From: Mobula hypostoma
Taxonomy: Eukaryota
Reading direction: 5' to 3'
DNA length: 64,000 nt
Assembly: GCF_963921235.1 (NCBI RefSeq)
Contig: NC_086097.1
Span: forward strand, 172,300,001 to 172,364,000
Position 1 is the first letter of the stretch. Each line of letters starts with the position of its first letter. A program made the translations under genes and the position numbers. Shown here piece after piece: positions 60,140 to 64,000 of the stretch. The notes beneath the pieces were generated by a model. The model worked only from the letters and a program-made list of their open reading frames with translations, was not told where the DNA came from and made no database searches.

Positions 60140-61225
60140 CTGGCAATCAACACAGGCACGTATATAGGGCATGTGACTAGGGCATGTGTATAGGATACAT
60201 GTAGAACCCACTAATCTACTCTTGCTACAACGATGACTGTGTGCTAAGCACAGCTCAAGTGCCATCTTTGAAACTGCTGTTATTGGTAGAATATCATGTG
60301 GCAATGGAGAGGTACACATGAATGAGATGGATTGGCTGGTTGAGAGGTGTCATAATAACAACCTCACACTAAACATATTTTTCCACACTCCATGGACAAA
60401 ATCCCCTGCCTATCCAGTCTTTCCTTTTAATTGAAGTCCTCTGGTCCCAGTAACATGCTCGTGAACCCTTTCTGTAACCTTTCAGCTCAATGACTTCCTC
60501 CCCAGTTAGGCAGTGAAAGGTGCCAAGAGTGCCAAATGTGTTGTCGCTAATGACCTATTTGATCCTAGAAACTTGAAACAAAACATGGTTAGTCCATAGC
60601 TACAATGATTGTGCTGGGTTCTTTACACTCATATCAGCAAGAACAAGGAAATTATTGTGGAATTCAGGAAGAGGAAGTCGGGAGACCACATTTTAGTTCT
60701 CACTGTGGGATCAATGGTGGGAAGGGTAAGCAGCTTCAAGTTCCTAGGTAACAACATCTCTGCAGGCCAATGCATTGATGCAACCATAAAGAAGGTGTGC
60801 CAGTGGATCCACTTTATTAGGAGTTTTTTGTGGAAATTTGGTATGGCGGTAAAGACTCTTGCAGATTTCTATAAAGATGTAGAGAGGAGAGCATTCTGAC
60901 TGTTTGCAACACGGCTTGGAATGGAGACTCCAGTACACAGAACTTGTAGAGACAGCAGAGGGATGTAGACTCAATCAGCTCAATCAAGGCAATGACACAC
61001 TGAGGACATCTTCACGAAGCATTGCCTCAGGAAGGTGGCATCCATCACGAAAGACCCCCGCCATCCAGGACATGCCCTCTTCTCATTACTAACATCAGGA
61101 AGAAGGTACAGGAGCCTGAAAATTCATTTTCAATTATTTAGGAACGGTTTTTTTTCACACCACCATCAGATTTCTGAATGGTCCACTACCTCATAAATCC
61201 ATTTTTTACATTATTTATTTATTTT
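60140..61225 (+). mobile_element. Degenerate Rex1 fragment; its 3' UTR resumes at 62798-62905
   Basis: SKNKEIIVEFRK..VSSFKFLG..KKVCQWIHFIRS; tail ataaccttattctgattatga at ~62890. Confidence 0.7.
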
Positions 61226-62797
61226 CAGAATCAGAATCAAGTTTATTATCACCGGCATGTGACGTGAAATTTGTTAACTTAGCAGCAGCAGTTCAATACA
61301 ATACATAATCTAGCAGAGAGAGAAAAGATAATAATAATAAATAAAATAAAACATAATAATAATAAACAAGTAAATCAATCACGTATATTGAATAGATTTT
61401 AAAAAAGTGCAAAAACAGAAATAGTGTACATTAAAAAAAAGTAAGGTGGTGTCCAATGATTCTATGTCCAATTAGGAATCAGACGGCAGAGGGGAAGAAG
61501 CTGTTCCTGAATCTCTGAGTGTGTGCCTTCAGGCGTCTGTACCTCCTACCTGATGGTAATGGTGAGAAAAGGACATGCCCTGGGTACTGGGACCAGAGGC
61601 CCTGAAGATGTCCTGGGTTCTTTGTAGGTTAATATCCAAGATGCAGCTGACTAGATTTACAACCCTCTGCTGCTTCCTTCAGTCCAGTGCAGTAGCGCCT
61701 CCATACCAGACAGTGATGCAGCATGTCAGAATGCTCTCCATGGTACAACTATAGAAGTTTTTGAGTGTATCTGTTGACATGCTAAATCTCTTCAAACTCC
61801 TAATAAAGTATAGCCGCAGTCTTGCCTTCTTTATAACTACATCGATATGTTGGGACCAGGTTAGATCCTCGGAGATCTTGACACCCAGGAACTTGAAGCT
61901 GCTCACTCTCTCCACTTCTGATCCCTCTATGAGGATTGGTATGTGTTCCTTCGTCTTACCCTTCCTGAAGTCCACAATCAGCTCTTTCATTTTACTGACA
62001 TTGAGTGCCAGGTTGTTGCCGTGGCACCATTCCACTAGATGGCATATCTCACTCCTGTATGCCCTCTCGTCACCACCTGAGATTCTACCAACAATGGTTG
62101 TATTGTCAGCAAATTTATAGATGTTATTTGAGCCTAGCCACACAGTCATATGTATATAGAGAGTAGAGCAGTGGGCTAAGCACATACGCCTGAGGTGTGC
62201 CAGTGTTGATCGTCAGCGAAGAGGATATGTTATCACCAATCCGCACAGACTGTGGTCTTCTGGTTAAGAAGTCAAGGATCCAATTGCAAAGGGAGGTACA
62301 GAGGCCCAGGTTCTGCAACTTCTTAATCAGGATTGTGGGAATGATGGTATTAAATGCTGAGCTATAGTCAATGAACAGCATTCTGACATAGGTGTTTGTA
62401 CTGTCCAGGTGGTCTAAAGCCATATGGAGAGTCATTGAGATTGCGTGTGCCATTGACCTATTGTGGTGATAGGCAAATTGCAATGGGTCCAGATCCTTGC
62501 TGAGGCAGGAGTTCAGTCTAGTCATGACCAGCCTCTCAAAGCATTTCATCTCTGTCGATGTGAGTGCTACCAGGCGATAGTCATTAAGGCAGCCCACATT
62601 ATTCTTCTTAGGCACTGGTATAATTGTTGCCTTTTTGAAGCAAGTGGGATCTTCCCCCTTAGCAGTGAGAGGTTGAGAATGTCCTTGAATACTCCCACTA
62701 GTTGGTTGGCACAGGTTTTCAGAGCCTTACCAGGTACTCCATTGGGACTTTCTGGCTTGCAAGAGTTCACTCTCTTTAAAGACAGTCTAACATTGGC
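61226..62797 (-). mobile_element. Rex1/Babar LINE, same subfamily as 37541-39364
   Basis: [37 protein letters not shown]; tail (attctg)n; possible short TSD tttc. Confidence 0.9.
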
Positions 62798-63579
62798 TTT
62801 CTTGTAATTTATGGTAATCTTATATCTTTGTGCTGTACTGCAACTGCAAAGAAAAAATTTCACATTATATAAGTCAGTAATAATAACCTTATTCTGATTA
62901 TGATTTAGACAGTTCTGATCACTCCACCTTGGAAGGCCCATAAGGGTCAAGGAGAGGGGGAAGAATATATTCACCAACAGACAACTTCAGACTGGAGAAT
63001 CTGTGTTTTTCTTTTTGATGTGGAAAAACAGATTGAATGAATTATTAGAGACATAGAAGATTCTAGTTGGTTTAACAAGGATAATCAGAGAAGTTATTTT
63101 CATTAGCAGATAGAGAATACATATTTAATATTTTGAACAGTATGTATAAGCTGGATGTTAGAAACAGATACAGAAGGGAAATAGGCTCTGAAATGCATGT
63201 CCACACTGATCATCACCTTACTACTAATGTGGAGAAAGCTCTTTTTACTCAGAGAGCTGTGATGGTCAGGAACTCACTGTTGTAGAGGTCATTCACAGCC
63301 TTCAGAAGGGAATCCAACGGACACTTGAGAAAGAATAATTTGTCAAGTTTGGCAAAGAGTGAATGAAAGGAATTGATGGGATTTTTCCACTTGACAGTGA
63401 CAGAGTGAAAGGAGCCGGCTAAACAGGCTGCGAAGCTGTGTTAGTTCAGTAATTGTATGATTCATCATAGTCTATAGATCCCGGTGCCACACTGTAACTG
63501 TGGCTAAGAGCAGGGCAGCACAGAAGTGGAAATGTTAACATTCGTTCACAGCTTTGTTCCAGTTGTGACAGATGACAGA

Positions 63580-64000
63580 TGATGCAGAAAAGATTCACAA
63601 GGATGGTGGCTGGTCAGGAGGGCTTGAGTTACAAGGAGGGACTAATTTGCCTGGGACTGCTTTCACCGGAGCGAAGGAAGCTGAGGGGCAGCCTTCAAGA
63701 GGTTTATAAAAACATGAAGGAAATACAGTGGATAAAATTGATTGTCACAGTCTTTGTGCAAAGGTAGGGGAGACTAAAACTAATGGGCATAGGTTTAAGC
63801 TGAGAGGTGAAAAATTTAAAGTGGATCTGAAGGGTAAGTTTTTCCACACAAAGTGTGGTGGATATGTGGGACAAGTTGCCAGAGGAAGTGGTAGACGCAA
63901 GTACCATTAGAATATTTAAAAGGCATTTGGACATTTTCATGGTTACGAAAAGTTCTGAGGGACATGGGCCAAGTTCAGGCAAATAGGACCAGTTCAGGAA
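63580..64000 (+). mobile_element. CR1 3' fragment
   Basis: QKRFTRMVAG..LSYKE.L..LGL.SPERRKLRG.L.EVYK; GHRFKLRGEKF. Confidence 0.85.

Overview
Eukaryotic, repeat-saturated genomic DNA with no recognisable host gene. The repeat set (CR1 LINEs with SGNH-esterase ORF1, Rex1/Babar LINEs, Penelope-like elements, tRNA SINEs resembling HE1 and SacSINE) points to a cartilaginous fish, probably a ray; that assignment is inference. Almost all ORFs in the track are fragments or antisense shadows of decayed transposable elements: CR1, Rex1/Babar, L2, L1, RTE, an I/Nimb-type LINE with RNase H, Penelope-like elements (RT + GIY-YIG, minimal hammerhead motifs), Gypsy LTRs and pol remnant, two IR/DR Tc1 copies, hAT and Tc1 MITEs. 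Many are nested with readable target-site duplications (TSDs). The most notable structures are: a 199-bp Penelope-derived perfect foldback with a 13-bp TSD that shares its breakpoint with a larger Penelope insertion; an unexplained ~75-nt hairpin; an LTR-like element with a ~160-bp internal inversion; a ~400-bp local duplication; and a weak 75-nt exon candidate. I found no convincing evidence of a wholly new biological system. Family names come from motif recognition by eye, and boundaries without a TSD are approximate.
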